Assembly: GCA_963789265.1 (NCBI GenBank) | Contig: CAWBKB010000001.1 | Span: 2,144,001 to 2,208,000 of the forward strand | DNA: 64,000 bases | Reading direction: 5' to 3' | Source of the DNA: an uncultured delta proteobacterium | Lineage (GTDB): Bacteria > Desulfobacterota > Desulfomonilia > Desulfomonilales > Desulfomonilaceae | Part shown: in pieces, positions 27,752-37,927 of the stretch | How positions within the stretch are numbered: the first letter of the stretch is position 1 | How the letters are laid out: the number at the start of each line of letters is the position of its first letter | The notes under the pieces: model-generated | What the model saw: only the letters and a program-made list of their open reading frames with translations | Databases searched by the model: none | What the model was told of the DNA's origin: nothing | Translations under genes and position numbers: made by a program

Positions 27752-29638
27752 ATGTGCGGAATTTGCGGCATATTTCTACTCGATCCCGGCGATGTGGTGG
27801 CACGTCCGCTGCTCGAACGCATGAACCGTACCATGAATCACCGGGGACCTGATGACGAGGGTTACTACGTGTCGGGACCCGTCGGTTTGGGAATGCGGAG
27901 ACTCAGTATCATCGATCTCGATGGTGGGCGCCAACCGGTGGCAAATGAAGACGAGACGATATCGATCGTATTTAATGGGGAGATCTACAACTACCCGGAA
28001 TTGCGATCGGAACTTCTCGCCAAAGGGCATCGTTTTCGCACTCGCTCGGACACGGAAGTTATAGTCCATCTTTATGAAGAATTGGGGGAGGATTGTGTTT
28101 CTCGTCTGAACGGCATGTTTGCTTTTGCTCTCTGGGATTCGCGCTTCCCCCGCCTCTTCCTCGCCCGGGATCGTCTTGGAATCAAACCTCTGTTCTACTC
28201 GTACGAACCAGGCCGGGCATTTTATTTCGCCAGCGAAATCAAGGCGATTTTAACGACACCCGTCAGCAGACAGCCTGATTATCAGGCGTTGTACGACTAT
28301 CTCTCGCTGATGTACGTGCCCACACCTGCGACCGCCTTCGCTGCGATCAGAAAGCTTCCTCCCGCCTGTGTTATGTCATGTTCGCCCGACTGGTTGGAGA
28401 TCCGAGAATATTGGGACATTCCACTCCCGCGGATCGGTGAAGAGGAATCGACGAAAAATGATTATGAAGAAGAGATTCTCGACCTTGTCGAAACCGCAAT
28501 TCGCCGGCAGATGATATCTGACGTTCCCCTTGGGGCGCTCTTGAGCGGTGGCCTGGATTCTACAACCGTGGCTGCGGTGATGGCTCGCAAGCTCCAGATT
28601 CCTTTCCGGACATTTACCATCGGTTTCGACCGAAGATCGTACGACGAATCGACCGAGGCCAGGCTGGTTGCAACAACACTTGGAACAAATCACCTGGAAG
28701 AAAAAGTCACTCCGGCGATGATCGAGTCCATTCCGGATCTTCTCAACTCGTTCGATGAGCCGTTCGCGGATTATTCGGCTATCCCGACCTTCCTGGTCGC
28801 GGAGATCGCCGCACGTTATGTCAAGGTGGTGCTTACCGGTGACGGTGGGGACGAGGTGTTCGCAGGGTATCCAACTCACGTGGCATACCGAGTCAGCCGA
28901 ATTTTTACCATGATCCCACGATGGTTCCGGGAAAAGCTGATCAAGCCGCTGGTCATGGCCTTGCCCGCTTCCATGGAGAGAATAAGCTTCGATTACAAGG
29001 CCAAGAGATTCGTTTCCGGAGCCGATCTTCCGCTGGAGCGGGGCCATTTCTGGTGGAAAGTAATCTTCAGCGAAGAAGATAAGAACGATCTTTGCAATCG
29101 CGACTGGCTGCAAATGGGGTTGAGAGATAGTTTCGAAGTATTCGACCGACATTTCCGCAAAACACGGCATGCGGATCCGCTTAATCGTTTGCTGTATGTG
29201 GACGCCAAGACCTTTTTGCTCGATGACAATCTGGCTAAGGTCGATCGGATGACAATGGCCAATTCTCTTGAGGCCCGAGTGCCGCTCTTGGACCACGAGC
29301 TGGTGGAACGAGTGGCCCTGATCCCTCCGCGAATCAAATCCAAAGGCCTCCAGACAAAGCGACTCTTACGCAGAGCCGTGCGAAACCTATTGCCGCCTCA
29401 AATTCGTAAAGGCAAGAAGAAGGGGTTCACACCTCCCCTTCCCTTCTGGATCAGGGACGAACTCAAGCAACTTCTTGAAGAATTCTTTGCCGCGGACAGA
29501 TTGAGGGCGACCGGTATGTTGAACGAAAACTACTGCCGGCAATTACTGGACGACCACATACGGGGGAGAAAAGATAACAACAGACAGATCTGGACCATCC
29601 TGGGACTAGTCTGCTGGCTGGAAAAGTATGGAAGTTGA
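27752..29638 (+). CDS. asnB: Asparagine synthase (glutamine-hydrolysing) family amidotransferase
   Basis: MCGI, HRGPD, RRLSIID, LSGGLDS, GDGGDE, EARVPLLD. Confidence 0.95.
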   Translation: MCGICGIFLLDPGDVVARPLLERMNRTMNHRGPDDEGYYVSGPVGLGMRRLSIIDLDGGRQPVANEDETISIVFNGEIYNYPELRSELLAKGHRFRTRSDTEVIVHLYEELGEDCVSRLNGMFAFALWDSRFPRLFLARDRLGIKPLFYSYEPGRAFYFASEIKAILTTPVSRQPDYQALYDYLSLMYVPTPATAFAAIRKLPPACVMSCSPDWLEIREYWDIPLPRIGEEESTKNDYEEEILDLVETAIRRQMISDVPLGALLSGGLDSTTVAAVMARKLQIPFRTFTIGFDRRSYDESTEARLVATTLGTNHLEEKVTPAMIESIPDLLNSFDEPFADYSAIPTFLVAEIAARYVKVVLTGDGGDEVFAGYPTHVAYRVSRIFTMIPRWFREKLIKPLVMALPASMERISFDYKAKRFVSGADLPLERGHFWWKVIFSEEDKNDLCNRDWLQMGLRDSFEVFDRHFRKTRHADPLNRLLYVDAKTFLLDDNLAKVDRMTMANSLEARVPLLDHELVERVALIPPRIKSKGLQTKRLLRRAVRNLLPPQIRKGKKKGFTPPLPFWIRDELKQLLEEFFAADRLRATGMLNENYCRQLLDDHIRGRKDNNRQIWTILGLVCWLEKYGS

Positions 29639-30255
29639 ACAGCAATAGTTGACCGCAGGTCACGTAGAAACCGCGGAGAATTCCGTTTTTTGCCGGATGT
29701 CTATCTGATGGAGCGTGACAGTTTCCGGCTTGTGACCGTTCTGTGGCATGTGGTGAGCCTCACGGAACGCGGGTGAACCGCATTGCTCAGCCCGGTGAGA
29801 CAGGCAGGATGCCTGTCCCACTATTTTTTGTTAATTTTGCGTTAGCAGGCATAGAAATTCCTTGCAAAACAATGTTTGCCTTAATATAGAGTTGATCAGG
29901 CTACAATGTTTCAAATGCGCAATTCATTCAAAACAGCCGTGTGAACTTTTATCGGTCTGAGACGGAGGCTATCCTGGTTTGGGGGTATAAGACGAGCCTC
30001 AAATTTCGGCAAAGGAGCACCCTTGGTCGCGCTCCTATAGTCCACAACTTGGGCCGCGTATAGAACCTTCGGTTCAATCTGACGGGAGTTTCCGCCGAGG
30101 GGCTAAACAAAGTTTTTTTGGCCACGGTATCAATTGTGGACGATTACAAGATGGTGATCCTCAGCAAGCCTGCATAAGGGAATTAGGGTTTCGCTACGCC
30201 CGAGAGAATTCACACAAAACTAACATTTCTTTTACTACCAGGAAAGGAGGAGAAA

Positions 30256-31686
30256 GTGGATTCGGAGGATCAAAAACCAACGACAGACTACTGCGAGACC
30301 AAGGTCTGTGCTGATGAAGCCCCTCTGGTGCCCACTCGCATGGGGTGGAAAGAGCTATACCTGAAAGAGGATTGGTGGGCCATTTGGCTGGGGTTGGGCA
30401 TCGTCTTGGTGGCCTTCTTCTTTTTCGCCGGCGGTTCTTCTATCAGGTGGATCGCCATAGCCCCCGGCAAATGGTCACATTTCGGCGAGTTGGGGAGCCA
30501 TTTTGCCAGTCACATCCTGCAATACGTGGCCCAGTTCATCCTGTGGACGGTGATCTTCAGCATCAGTCTGAAGGCACTGGGGTTCAAGCTGTCCGAATTC
30601 TTACCGGCCTTCATCTTCATTTACGTGGTCTCGATCATCATTTTTATGATCGGCGCCTGGGATCAGGCCCACTATTACAACCTGGAGCCGCCGCTAGTGG
30701 CTCTGATATTGGGCATGCTGATTTCTAACTTGATCGGCTTGCCGAAGTGGATGGACTCCGGCTTCCGGGTGGAATATTACATCAAAACCGGGATCGTCTT
30801 GTTGGGAGCGACATTGCCCTTCACCCTGATCGTCTGGGCCGGTCCGGTGGCGATTGTGCAGGCGTCCATCGTTTCAATCGCTACCTTTTTGGTCATCTAT
30901 TTTGTGGGCAAGAGGTTTGGGCTGGATCGACGGTTGTGCGCCACTCTGGGGGCCGGTGGAGCCGTGTGCGGCGTCTCGGGCTCCATCGCCATCGCCGGGG
31001 CGGTTGGAGCCAAGAAGGAGCATGCGCCCATAGCCATCACAATGGTGATCTTATGGGCCATTGTCATGATCTTTTTCCTTCCCCTGGTTTCCAGGGCCTT
31101 GCGCTTGTCGACCGGCGTTGCCGGGGCCTGGATCGGAACGTCGGAATTCGCGGACGCCGCCGGTTTTGCTGCGGCTCAAGCTTATGGAAACCTGGCCGGC
31201 GCCGTTCATGGTATAACCGGGACCCCGGATGCGGCGGTATGGGGATTCACCCTGATGAAGGTTGTAGGCCGCGACATCTGGATCGGCATTTGGGCGTTCG
31301 TGTTGGCGCTTATCGCCACCACCCGGTGGGAAGTCAAGGAAGGGGAGAAACCTCGAGCCGCCGAGATCTGGTGGCGCTTCCCCAAGTTTGTCCTGGGCTT
31401 TGCCCTGGCATCTATCATCATGACCGTAATAGCCAGCCATTTTTCCTTCGCCGACTACAACAAAATCGTTAAACCTCTGCTGGTTGACCCCATCACGACT
31501 TTGCGGACTTGGGCCTTCATTTTCTGCTTCTTCAGCATTGGACTCACTACCCGCTTCCGAGAACTCGCCGCCACCGGCTCTAAACCTTTCTGGGCCTTCA
31601 CCAGTGGCGTCGCAGTCAACGTGGTTCTCGGATTTATACTGTCGGCAATGGTATTTGCGGCCTACTGGACCAGTTTGTCCCATTAA
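30256..31686 (+). CDS. YeiH/putative sulfate-exporter family membrane protein
   Basis: EDWWAIW, EYYIKTGIVLLG, VCGVSG, GAWIGTSEFADAAG, RFPKFVLGF. Confidence 0.85.
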   Translation: MDSEDQKPTTDYCETKVCADEAPLVPTRMGWKELYLKEDWWAIWLGLGIVLVAFFFFAGGSSIRWIAIAPGKWSHFGELGSHFASHILQYVAQFILWTVIFSISLKALGFKLSEFLPAFIFIYVVSIIIFMIGAWDQAHYYNLEPPLVALILGMLISNLIGLPKWMDSGFRVEYYIKTGIVLLGATLPFTLIVWAGPVAIVQASIVSIATFLVIYFVGKRFGLDRRLCATLGAGGAVCGVSGSIAIAGAVGAKKEHAPIAITMVILWAIVMIFFLPLVSRALRLSTGVAGAWIGTSEFADAAGFAAAQAYGNLAGAVHGITGTPDAAVWGFTLMKVVGRDIWIGIWAFVLALIATTRWEVKEGEKPRAAEIWWRFPKFVLGFALASIIMTVIASHFSFADYNKIVKPLLVDPITTLRTWAFIFCFFSIGLTTRFRELAATGSKPFWAFTSGVAVNVVLGFILSAMVFAAYWTSLSH

Positions 31687-31699
31687 AATCTTGTCTCGG

Positions 31700-31734
31700 A
31701 CCCGGCCCCTCGGATTTGAGAGGGGCCCGGGTTT
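31700..31734 (+). terminator. Hairpin after the YeiH-like gene
   Basis: ACCCGGCCCCTC…GAGGGGCCCGGGT followed by a short T-run. Confidence 0.5.
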
Positions 31735-31802
31735 CGCTCCAGTAAGTTCCTGTTCGCAGCCATCAGGCAGAAGACAGTGCAGAGACTGAACCAGGAGGCC
31801 TT

Positions 31803-32045
31803 ATGCAACGCTCTGAACAAAAACCGCAGTGCCTTCAGTGCAGGCATTTTCGGAATTCCCCGGAGTATTTGGAATCCGTGTTCAAGGGGCTCACCACATT
31901 GAGTTCCGGGTACGCCTCGGTCAGGTGTGAAGACGGTATATGCCTGTTGAATGACCGGTATCTTGCTGCCAACCGAAGCTGCGATCAATTCGAGCCGCAT
32001 CCGTCTTTGAAGGAGAACCGGTCCACAAGCGAAATCAAATCGTAG
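31803..32045 (+). CDS. Small Cys-rich protein (possible Fe-S/metal binding)
   Basis: AGGAGG RBS; CLQCRHF…C…GIC…SCDQF. Confidence 0.65.
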   Translation: MQRSEQKPQCLQCRHFRNSPEYLESVFKGLTTLSSGYASVRCEDGICLLNDRYLAANRSCDQFEPHPSLKENRSTSEIKS

Positions 32046-32105
32046 ATAGTCCGCAAAAAGTGGTGAATCTCGCCGCACGCGGGATTCACCTCATCCGACG
32101 AAAAC

Positions 32106-32284
32106 TAATACCAGTGCGTCATCAAACAAGTTATAATCCCGGGATATGGTGGGGCATCCCGCGTCTCGCGGGACCGGTCCTACTGGATGCCCGTGTACGC
32201 GGGCATGACGGCAGGCAATCACGCCCAGGCGTGACTGTCCCACTAAAAAGACGGTGTCACTTGTTTGAAAGCGAATCGGTATAA
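32106..32284. mobile_element. MITE-like element with imperfect TIRs; partial copies at ~32390-32575 and ~34351-34494
   Basis: ATACC…TCAAACAAGT / ACTTGTTTGA…GGTAT ends; ACTGTCCCACT…GAAAGCGAAT shared by all three copies. Confidence 0.65.
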
Positions 32285-32605
32285 ATTGACCTCACTTCCC
32301 AAATCGCTGCTTTCCCGGTCGCCTTGACCTACTCTCTCTCTTAACTTAGATTTGGTCTTGAGAATGATGGCAATGCCGGCCCGGATTTGGTCGGGCATCC
32401 CGCGCGGAACGCGGGATCACCCCTAACTTCGATCCGGGCTATGTAGGGGCGGACACATGGGTCTGCCCCTACAATTGATGCCAGCGTACGCGGGCACGAC
32501 AACAGGCAAACCCGCCCGGGCGCGACTGTCCCACTAAAAACACGGTGTTACTTGCATGAAAGCGAATCGCTATAAGCGGCTCCGGCTAGCGCGACCCGAG
32601 GCCAA

Positions 32606-34207
32606 TTGATTGTGGTGGAGAGATTACCCTTGTCTTACCGGTTAAAGTTCTCCCAACTAATCAAGATATTACTCTTGGGCATTTTACTGTGCTGCGCTGT
32701 ACTCCTCGCTGTGAGAGCAGCGATGTTCATGGGCTGGTACATATCGCGAGATTATCCCCTGGAATACCGGGAATTCGCGGTTATTTTCAGTACGGACTTG
32801 TTGCTCCAGGGCTACAACCCCTATTCCATCGCCCTTCAGCCCGTAGCAATGAACGCCTATGGGATCGTATACAACCTGCTCGTGCTGCCTTTTGCCCAGG
32901 TTTGGGGCTCCACTCCATTTGTGCATCGAGTGGTCTCTTGTTTCTTCATCGTGATGACTTGCGGCTGCCTTCTCTGGGGCCTTCGCCTGAGCCGGGTCTC
33001 CTGGTCCATGGCCACGGTCGCAGTTGCCACACTGTTCGCTTTTTTAGCCACAGGGCTCAGCATAGTTTCCCGTCCCGACAGTCTGGGGCAGTTCCTGTTT
33101 CTTGCCGGTATAGTGGTCCCCTTTGCGTATAGATACAGCGTCCGCGCGCTTGCAATCAGTATAGCGTTGTGCCTGCTGGGTCTTTTGACCAAGCCCTATT
33201 TTGTGCTCGGAGCCCCTTTTATGGCAGCGTACCTCTTTGCATTCGAGAGCAAGAGCAAAGGGCTGTGGTACGCTTTGGGTTTTGGGGTAGCCCTGACCGC
33301 AACTGTCTTCGTGACGAACGCACTTTGCGATAGTTGGCTTACAAACACAATCTTCAACCACCTGAACAATGACCTGAGCGGACAATATACCAGCGTGTCG
33401 CATCTCCGGGTCCAGATGTGGGTGCATGCTGAATCCATTTTGGGTTTTATTGCGGCATTTGTGTGGGCATACGGGTTCTCTGTGGGTTCGGGTGAGAGAA
33501 CTTTCGCGGGATCCATCGGATCGCTCTTCAATTTCAAAGACTTCGATAAACCGCTCTTTGAGGTGAAGGGTGATCTACCACTCATGATGCTCGTGTTCGG
33601 CACGATCATAATGGTCTGGAAACTTGGTCTTCACACCGGTAATTGGCAACTTTACTATCATCAATTTATGACCCCTTTTGCGTTGTGGTTTGCGGTGGCA
33701 TTTATAGACAGGCTGGAAGTCAATCGTCACTGGGCGGTGCTGTTGCCGTTGATCGCGAACCTTACGGTGCTCAACCTCTTCTACGTATCGGGTGACCTGG
33801 AGGATCACACGGAGGAATGGAAGGCGTTGGAACAGGTTGTGGCGAGCCACCACGACATGTACCACAGCGCAGGACTGGCGTATCTTATGAGCAAATACGG
33901 GAAACCGATATACAATACCGGACACGATGAATACTACGCGGCCGGTGTGCCGCACAATTTCACGGCAACGGCCGAGCAGTTCGCCTGGCAGTCAGAGATG
34001 TTCTGGCGGCAAATTGAGGAAAAGGCCCAACACAAGCAGTTGGACCTGATTATTCAAGACACCGGAGCAGGCTGGCCAATCGACAGGAATGTCTTAAAGA
34101 AAAACTATCGTCTCCTGGGATACATGCAAATGCCATTGCTTTTTGACGGCAATTGGCTGCTGGAATTGTGGATACTGAGACCGGACCAAAAAGAAAAGAC
34201 ACCCTGA
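32606..34207 (+). CDS. Polytopic membrane protein, probable GT-C glycosyltransferase
   Basis: Many TM segments; first-loop LEYRE, RPDSL, LTKPYF; soluble C-terminal domain. Confidence 0.6.
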   Translation: MIVVERLPLSYRLKFSQLIKILLLGILLCCAVLLAVRAAMFMGWYISRDYPLEYREFAVIFSTDLLLQGYNPYSIALQPVAMNAYGIVYNLLVLPFAQVWGSTPFVHRVVSCFFIVMTCGCLLWGLRLSRVSWSMATVAVATLFAFLATGLSIVSRPDSLGQFLFLAGIVVPFAYRYSVRALAISIALCLLGLLTKPYFVLGAPFMAAYLFAFESKSKGLWYALGFGVALTATVFVTNALCDSWLTNTIFNHLNNDLSGQYTSVSHLRVQMWVHAESILGFIAAFVWAYGFSVGSGERTFAGSIGSLFNFKDFDKPLFEVKGDLPLMMLVFGTIIMVWKLGLHTGNWQLYYHQFMTPFALWFAVAFIDRLEVNRHWAVLLPLIANLTVLNLFYVSGDLEDHTEEWKALEQVVASHHDMYHSAGLAYLMSKYGKPIYNTGHDEYYAAGVPHNFTATAEQFAWQSEMFWRQIEEKAQHKQLDLIIQDTGAGWPIDRNVLKKNYRLLGYMQMPLLFDGNWLLELWILRPDQKEKTP

Positions 34208-34802
34208 GTTGCGAAGAGTTGCCAATCGGGCTTTCGTGGCCATGCCCATGGCACGCGCCGGACGGAGCAATCCCCTGTTCAGTGGGACGGGCATCTTGCC
34301 CGTCGACAGGCGGGACGCCTGTCCCACCACCCCGCCGGTGGCCAATGAACGACCCCGCGTCCCGCGGGGAGGCCGGCCCTACCGGTGCCCGTGTACACGG
34401 GCATGACAACATGTAGGGGCGGGTTTGAAACCCGCCCCTACCAAACTGTCCCACTGGAAACACGAAATCACTCGCTGGAAAGCGAATTCCTATGAAAACG
34501 CCCCGTTGCCGACCGGCAATCCCGCGCTCCACGCGGGACGGCCTACTAACGTCCTCATGTTTCTCTGTGGCTTTCTAGCTATGGTGGTTGGTACAAATAA
34601 ATGATCGCGCCCAATCAAAATTACTTCTTGACGGCTTTGATGAGGCAGGTTACGCTGAAATAGGATAACTTGGAGTTGAGTTCCGAGACGCAAGATCCGG
34701 ACGCGCAGAATTGTCGCCTCGGTTTCGAATTGAGTTACTCTCTGACAAAGACGAATTAATAACGTAGATTTTCTTAGTGCAACTGTTATCTATGTCTTTT
34801 GT

Positions 34803-35807
34803 ATGACCGCACATTGGTATCAGAAATTGAATGGTGTTCTAAGCAATTGTCAAGGGAAATTGATTAGCGTAGTGATCCCGGTCTACAACGGTGCGAGCAC
34901 AATCGGACCCTTGGTCGATACTCTTGTCGCAGGTCTGACCCCAAATAATTTGCAGATCGTGCTCGTAAATGACGGAAGCAAGGACAACAGCCATCTGGTT
35001 TGCGAAGAGGTCTTCTGCAAGTACCCTGAGGTCGTGACGTACGTGAGGCTCGCTCGCAATTTCGGAGAGCATAACGCGGTTATGGCGGGCCTAGGTCACG
35101 CCGCCGGCGACTACGTGGTGATCATGGATGACGACTTCCAAAATCCTCCCGAAGAAGTGGTTCTCCTGGTGCAGGAGGCCCAACGGGGCGATTTCGATGT
35201 GGTTTACTCTTATTACGATGAGAAGAAGCACCACTGGCTTAGAAATTTTGGCAGCAAGTTTAATGGATGGGTCGCTCGCTTCATGCTGCATAAACCGAGG
35301 GACCTGTACCTTTCGAGTTTCAAATGTCTGAACCGCTTTCTTGCAAAGGAGATCGTCAAATACGAAGCTCCTTTTCCATATATAGACGGACTGATTTTGA
35401 GTTTGACGGATAATATCGGGAAGGTGCGTGTGCGCCACGACGCACGTAATCAAGGGAAGTCCGGGTACACATTCCGAAAACTGGTACGTCTCTGGCTTAG
35501 CATGTTCGTCAACTTCTCCGTTATGCCTTTGAGGCTTAGTCTGCTGATGGGATTTTTGGCCAGCATTCTTGCTCTGGGCATGGCCGTGGAAGTTGTTTTG
35601 GAGAAGATTCTGAATCCAGGAATTGCAGTGGGCTGGGCCTCCTTGGCCTTCCTGATCCTATTCTTTGCCGGCGTCCAACTGTGCATCCTCGGCCTTATGG
35701 GAGAATATGTGGGTCGTACACTGCTCAACAGTAACCGTCTTCCTCAGTTCGTGATCAGATCGATTTCCGGATCGGACCACCCTCATGACAGCACCGGACT
35801 ACAATGA
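34803..35807 (+). CDS. GT2 polyprenyl-phosphate glycosyltransferase (ArnC/GtrB-like)
   Basis: VIPVYN, NDGSKD, RNFGEHNA, DDDFQNPP, GEYVGR. Confidence 0.9.
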   Translation: MTAHWYQKLNGVLSNCQGKLISVVIPVYNGASTIGPLVDTLVAGLTPNNLQIVLVNDGSKDNSHLVCEEVFCKYPEVVTYVRLARNFGEHNAVMAGLGHAAGDYVVIMDDDFQNPPEEVVLLVQEAQRGDFDVVYSYYDEKKHHWLRNFGSKFNGWVARFMLHKPRDLYLSSFKCLNRFLAKEIVKYEAPFPYIDGLILSLTDNIGKVRVRHDARNQGKSGYTFRKLVRLWLSMFVNFSVMPLRLSLLMGFLASILALGMAVEVVLEKILNPGIAVGWASLAFLILFFAGVQLCILGLMGEYVGRTLLNSNRLPQFVIRSISGSDHPHDSTGLQ

Positions 35808-36786
35808 AGCTTTCAAGGACAAGGCCGTCCTGATAACCGGCGGATTAGGATTTATAGGGAGTAATCTGGCCATAAAATTGGCAGATCTGGGGGCCAAGGT
35901 CGAGCTTCTCGACGCCATGATCGACGGGCTTGGCGGAAATTTATTCAATATCGAGCCCATCCGCGACAAGGTACATGTCAACTTCTCGGATGTCCGCGAT
36001 CTTAATTCGCTGCGATACCTTGTTGTGGACAAGGATTACATTTTTCATTTAGCCGGCCAAAACGACCACGTGCTGAGTCTTAAGGACCCCTTCCCCGACA
36101 TTGACATTAACATCAAGGGGTCCGCGACTCTCCTGGAAGCATGCCGGCGATACAATTGCGAAGCGCGGCTGGTTTACACGGGCACACGCGGAGAGTACGG
36201 TCCCGCGGTAAAGTTGCCGGTCAATGAAGAGGCGCCCCTTAACCCAAAGGGAATTTATGAACTGTCCAGCTTGACTGCCCAAAGACTTTTCAAGATCTTT
36301 TGCAATAATCACGGCGTAAAATCCACAACTTTAAGGTTGACCAACATTTACGGTCCTCGTGCACAAATGAAGCACAATCGTTTTGGAGTGGCGAATTGGT
36401 TCATTCGTCAAGCCATCGACGGCGGAATTATTCAGGTCTTCGGTGACGGCAAAATCATGCGAGATTTCCTGTACGTGGACGATGCTGTTGACGCTATCCT
36501 GATGTCCGCTTGCAATGACCTGGCGTGCGGAGAGATCTTCAACGTCGGCGTTGACAGGCCCAGCAACTTCCTCGAACTGGCCCAAGCGATAGTGTCAATT
36601 GCAGGTGCGGGCCGTTGGGAGTTTGCGCCGTTCACACCCGAGCGTGCGGCCCAGGAGCCCGGCCATTACTATTCAGACATAACCAAGATTCGTTCGATCG
36701 TCGGTTGGGTTCCCAGCGTAACATTGGAGGATGGCCTGCGCCGAACAATCGAGTACTACCGATTCCATAAATCGCACTACTGGTAA
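35785..36786 (+). CDS. NAD-dependent epimerase/dehydratase
   Basis: TGGLGFIG, NIYGP, RDFLYVDD; the YxxxK motif appears as YELSS. Confidence 0.9.
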   Translation: MTAPDYNEAFKDKAVLITGGLGFIGSNLAIKLADLGAKVELLDAMIDGLGGNLFNIEPIRDKVHVNFSDVRDLNSLRYLVVDKDYIFHLAGQNDHVLSLKDPFPDIDINIKGSATLLEACRRYNCEARLVYTGTRGEYGPAVKLPVNEEAPLNPKGIYELSSLTAQRLFKIFCNNHGVKSTTLRLTNIYGPRAQMKHNRFGVANWFIRQAIDGGIIQVFGDGKIMRDFLYVDDAVDAILMSACNDLACGEIFNVGVDRPSNFLELAQAIVSIAGAGRWEFAPFTPERAAQEPGHYYSDITKIRSIVGWVPSVTLEDGLRRTIEYYRFHKSHYW

Positions 36787-36790
36787 ACCG

Positions 36791-37927
36791 ATGCGGGTCC
36801 CGTTCCTGGAACTGAAAAGAGAATACGAAGCCATCAAATCGGAGATCCAATCTGCCATTTCAACTGTATTGGAAAGCGGCTCATATATACTCGGCCGGTG
36901 TGTGGAGGATTTCGAGCACCAATTTGCTGAATGGCTGGGAGTGCCGCATGCTGTAGGCGTGGGGTCCGGGACCGAGGCCCTTCACCTGGCCCTTATCGCA
37001 AGTGGGATCAAACCCGGTGACCGAGTGCTCACGGTGCCGAACACAGCGGTCCCCACGGTATCGGCCATCAGTTTTGCGGGTGGGCGGCCGGTATTTGTAG
37101 ATGTCGATCCGGAAACATACACCCTGTCGCCCGACGAACTGAACCGCGTGCTGGAGCAATCTTCTTCGGCCAATTACAAGGCTATTGTAGCCGTGCACTT
37201 GTATGGTCATCCAGCGGATATGGATCCAATTTTGGAAGTGGCTCGCGCTCTCGGCCTCACCGTGATCGAAGATGCAGCACAGGCCACGGGAGCAATGTAC
37301 AAAGGGCAAAAGGTCGGGACAATGGGAGACTTCGGGTGTTTCAGTTTTTACCCTACCAAGAATCTCGGAGCGTTCGGTGACGCGGGTATGGTCGTGACAA
37401 GATCCGCTGAAGCAGCCCACACGATCCGTATGCTCCGCAACTATGGAGAAAAGACCAAAAATGTAAATGTAATCCAAGGGTACAACAGCCGACTGGATGC
37501 AATCCAAGCGGCTGTTTTGGCATGCAAGCTCCCGTACCTTGATTGGTGGAATGGCATTCGACGAAGGCAGGCCAGGCTTTATAGTGAATTGTTGAAAGAA
37601 TGCAAAGTTCGGCTTCCGATTGAGAGGAACTTCGCACAGCACGCGTATCATTTGTACGTTGTTCGGACGCAGAACAGGGACGTTCTCCGCAAACGTCTGG
37701 CTGAGAATGGTATTGAGACGGCGATTCATTACCCTCGGCCGGTCCACCTTCAGCAGGCGTACGCGCATCTCGGGTATCAGCAGGGCAGCTTCCCCGTCTC
37801 CGAACGAAACGCACGCGAGGTTTTGTCACTGCCGCTGTCGCCTTTCACGCGTCAAGACGAAATGGTGGCTGTAGCAGGAGCCATTCGATCGGCAGAGCAA
37901 CGCAGCCATGGAAATTCACGAATATAG
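36791..37927 (+). CDS. DegT/DnrJ/EryC1/StrS sugar aminotransferase
   Basis: SGTEAL, VHLYG, EDAAQA, SFYPTKNLG. Confidence 0.95.
   Translation: MRVPFLELKREYEAIKSEIQSAISTVLESGSYILGRCVEDFEHQFAEWLGVPHAVGVGSGTEALHLALIASGIKPGDRVLTVPNTAVPTVSAISFAGGRPVFVDVDPETYTLSPDELNRVLEQSSSANYKAIVAVHLYGHPADMDPILEVARALGLTVIEDAAQATGAMYKGQKVGTMGDFGCFSFYPTKNLGAFGDAGMVVTRSAEAAHTIRMLRNYGEKTKNVNVIQGYNSRLDAIQAAVLACKLPYLDWWNGIRRRQARLYSELLKECKVRLPIERNFAQHAYHLYVVRTQNRDVLRKRLAENGIETAIHYPRPVHLQQAYAHLGYQQGSFPVSERNAREVLSLPLSPFTRQDEMVAVAGAIRSAEQRSHGNSRI

Noticed and set aside
28376..29296. 306-aa antisense ORF (similar ones at 36881..37768, 40895..41653 and 57638..58429)
   Set aside because: Shadow frames opposite well-supported genes
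29640..30255. Riboswitch upstream of the YeiH-like gene
   Set aside because: Only scattered small hairpins; a GGCAAA is present but the rest of a c-di-GMP-I motif is not
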